In this document: positions 63,871-64,000 of the stretch, piece after piece
Layout of the letters: the number at the start of each line of letters is the position of its first letter
Numbering within the stretch: the first letter of the stretch is position 1
NCBI GenBank assembly: GCA_009914755.4
Contig: CP086569.2
Span: 21,152,001-21,216,000 of the forward strand
DNA from: the human T2T-CHM13v2.0 reference genome, Homo sapiens
Reading direction: 5' to 3'
DNA: 64,000 nt
Made by a program: the position numbers and the translations under genes
The notes under the pieces: generated by a model
Database searches by the model: none
What the model was told of the DNA's origin: nothing
Seen by the model: the letters and a program-made list of their open reading frames with translations, nothing else

Positions 63871-64000
63871 GACCTTACTGGTGAGTGTTACAGCACTCAA
63901 AGCTGTTATGTCCAGAGTTTGTACCTTCAGATGTTTCCAGAGTTTCTTCCTTCTGGCAGGTTCGTGGTCTTGCTCACTTCTTTAATGAAGCTGCAGACCT

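Larger units (their letters stand above)
1..64000 (+). repeat. Tandem satellite array, ~125-bp monomer, about 512 head-to-tail copies, single orientation, continuing beyond both window edges
   Basis: The motif 'cagaccttactggtgagtgttacagcacttaaaggtgttatgtccagagtttgttccttcagatgtgtccagagtttcttccttctggcaggttcatggtcttgctcacttcaagaatgaagctg' recurs with period 125 ('cagacc' at 1, 126, 251 ... 63994). All ORFs in the track are cyclic variants of one peptide. Every ORF-free gap I inspected (e.g. 3491-4047, 6737-6933, 31113-31431) is still satellite. Confidence 0.97.

Noticed and set aside
51-63985. Hundreds of overlapping 60-117 aa '+' strand ORFs with near-identical peptides ('MFLQMCPEFLPSGRFMVLLTSRMKLQTLLVSVTALKGVMSRVCSFRCVQSFFLLAGSWSCSLQE' and variants). 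They could be read as a tandem multigene family or a repetitive Cys-rich protein.
   Set aside because: All start at the same intra-monomer ATG and overlap the next ORF in another frame (125 mod 3 = 2). The same DNA would have to encode three frames. They are not preceded by any promoter, RBS or Kozak context distinct from the repeat itself. Length differences track single-base variants that remove a stop. This is the expected six-frame output of a stop-poor 125-bp satellite, not genes.
1-64000. Strong strand asymmetry in ORF content (about 500 ORFs on '+', 4 on '-') that could hint at transcription or selection on one strand
   Set aside because: The '+' strand monomer contains only about three stop triplets (tga in 'ggtgagtg', taa in 'cttaaagg', tga in 'aatgaag') and is pyrimidine-rich ('tttcttccttct'). 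Its reverse complement contains many (ttga, tgaa, taag, taac ...). The asymmetry is explained by base composition.
1-64000. Possible inversion or orientation switch, or an embedded transposon or unique-sequence island within the array
   Set aside because: I read through the sequence, including every gap in the ORF track (e.g. 3491-4047, 6737-6933, 14739-14920, 23862-24043, 31113-31431, 31759-32044, 33377-33543). Every stretch is the same-orientation monomer. I found no foreign segment.
1-64000. Centromere-protein binding motifs (CENP-B-box-like 'TTCGnnnnAnnCGGG') or a telomeric (TTAGGG)n signature to assign the array to a chromosomal compartment
   Set aside because: Neither motif is present in the monomer consensus or its common variants. 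The chromosomal compartment cannot be assigned from the sequence alone.
1-64000. Per-monomer 'AGGTTCA' (nuclear-receptor half-site-like) and the short polypyrimidine mirror 'cttccttc' as possible regulatory or H-DNA-forming elements
   Set aside because: These are single short motifs expected by chance in a 125-bp unit. The mirror repeat is far too short for stable triplex formation. There is no supporting context and they are not reportable as features.

Overview
The whole 64,000-bp window is one uninterrupted head-to-tail tandem satellite array with a ~125-bp monomer (about 512 copies, all in the same orientation, about 45% GC). I found no unique sequence, array edge, transposon insertion, RNA gene, CRISPR array or credible protein-coding gene. 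The several hundred 60-117 aa '+' strand ORFs in the supplied track are artefacts: each starts at the same in-monomer ATG ('cagATGtgtcc'), they overlap each other in rolling frames because 125 is not a multiple of 3, and their 'proteins' are near-identical copies of one repeat-derived peptide. The four minus-strand ORFs are the same effect in variant monomers. The array does have internal structure. (i) There are discrete monomer classes, defined by co-varying diagnostic positions, that recur in fixed order (HOR-like). (ii) There are many multi-monomer duplications whose offsets are exact multiples of 125 bp (6, 8, 9, 15, 20, 21, 34, about 102-106 monomers). They range from more diverged blocks in the 5' third to near-identical 1.9-kb blocks at 52.7-56.6 kb. 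(iii) At several monomer positions a minority CG state co-occurs with exactly the TG and CA deamination products. (iv) From memory only, not from a search, the monomer strongly resembles the internally duplicated ~125-bp unit at the 5' (U3) end of primate ERV9-type LTRs (LTR12 family). That would make this an LTR-derived satellite from a CpG-methylating, probably primate or other mammalian, genome. I see no new gene system here; the interest is the satellite family, its origin and its duplication architecture.
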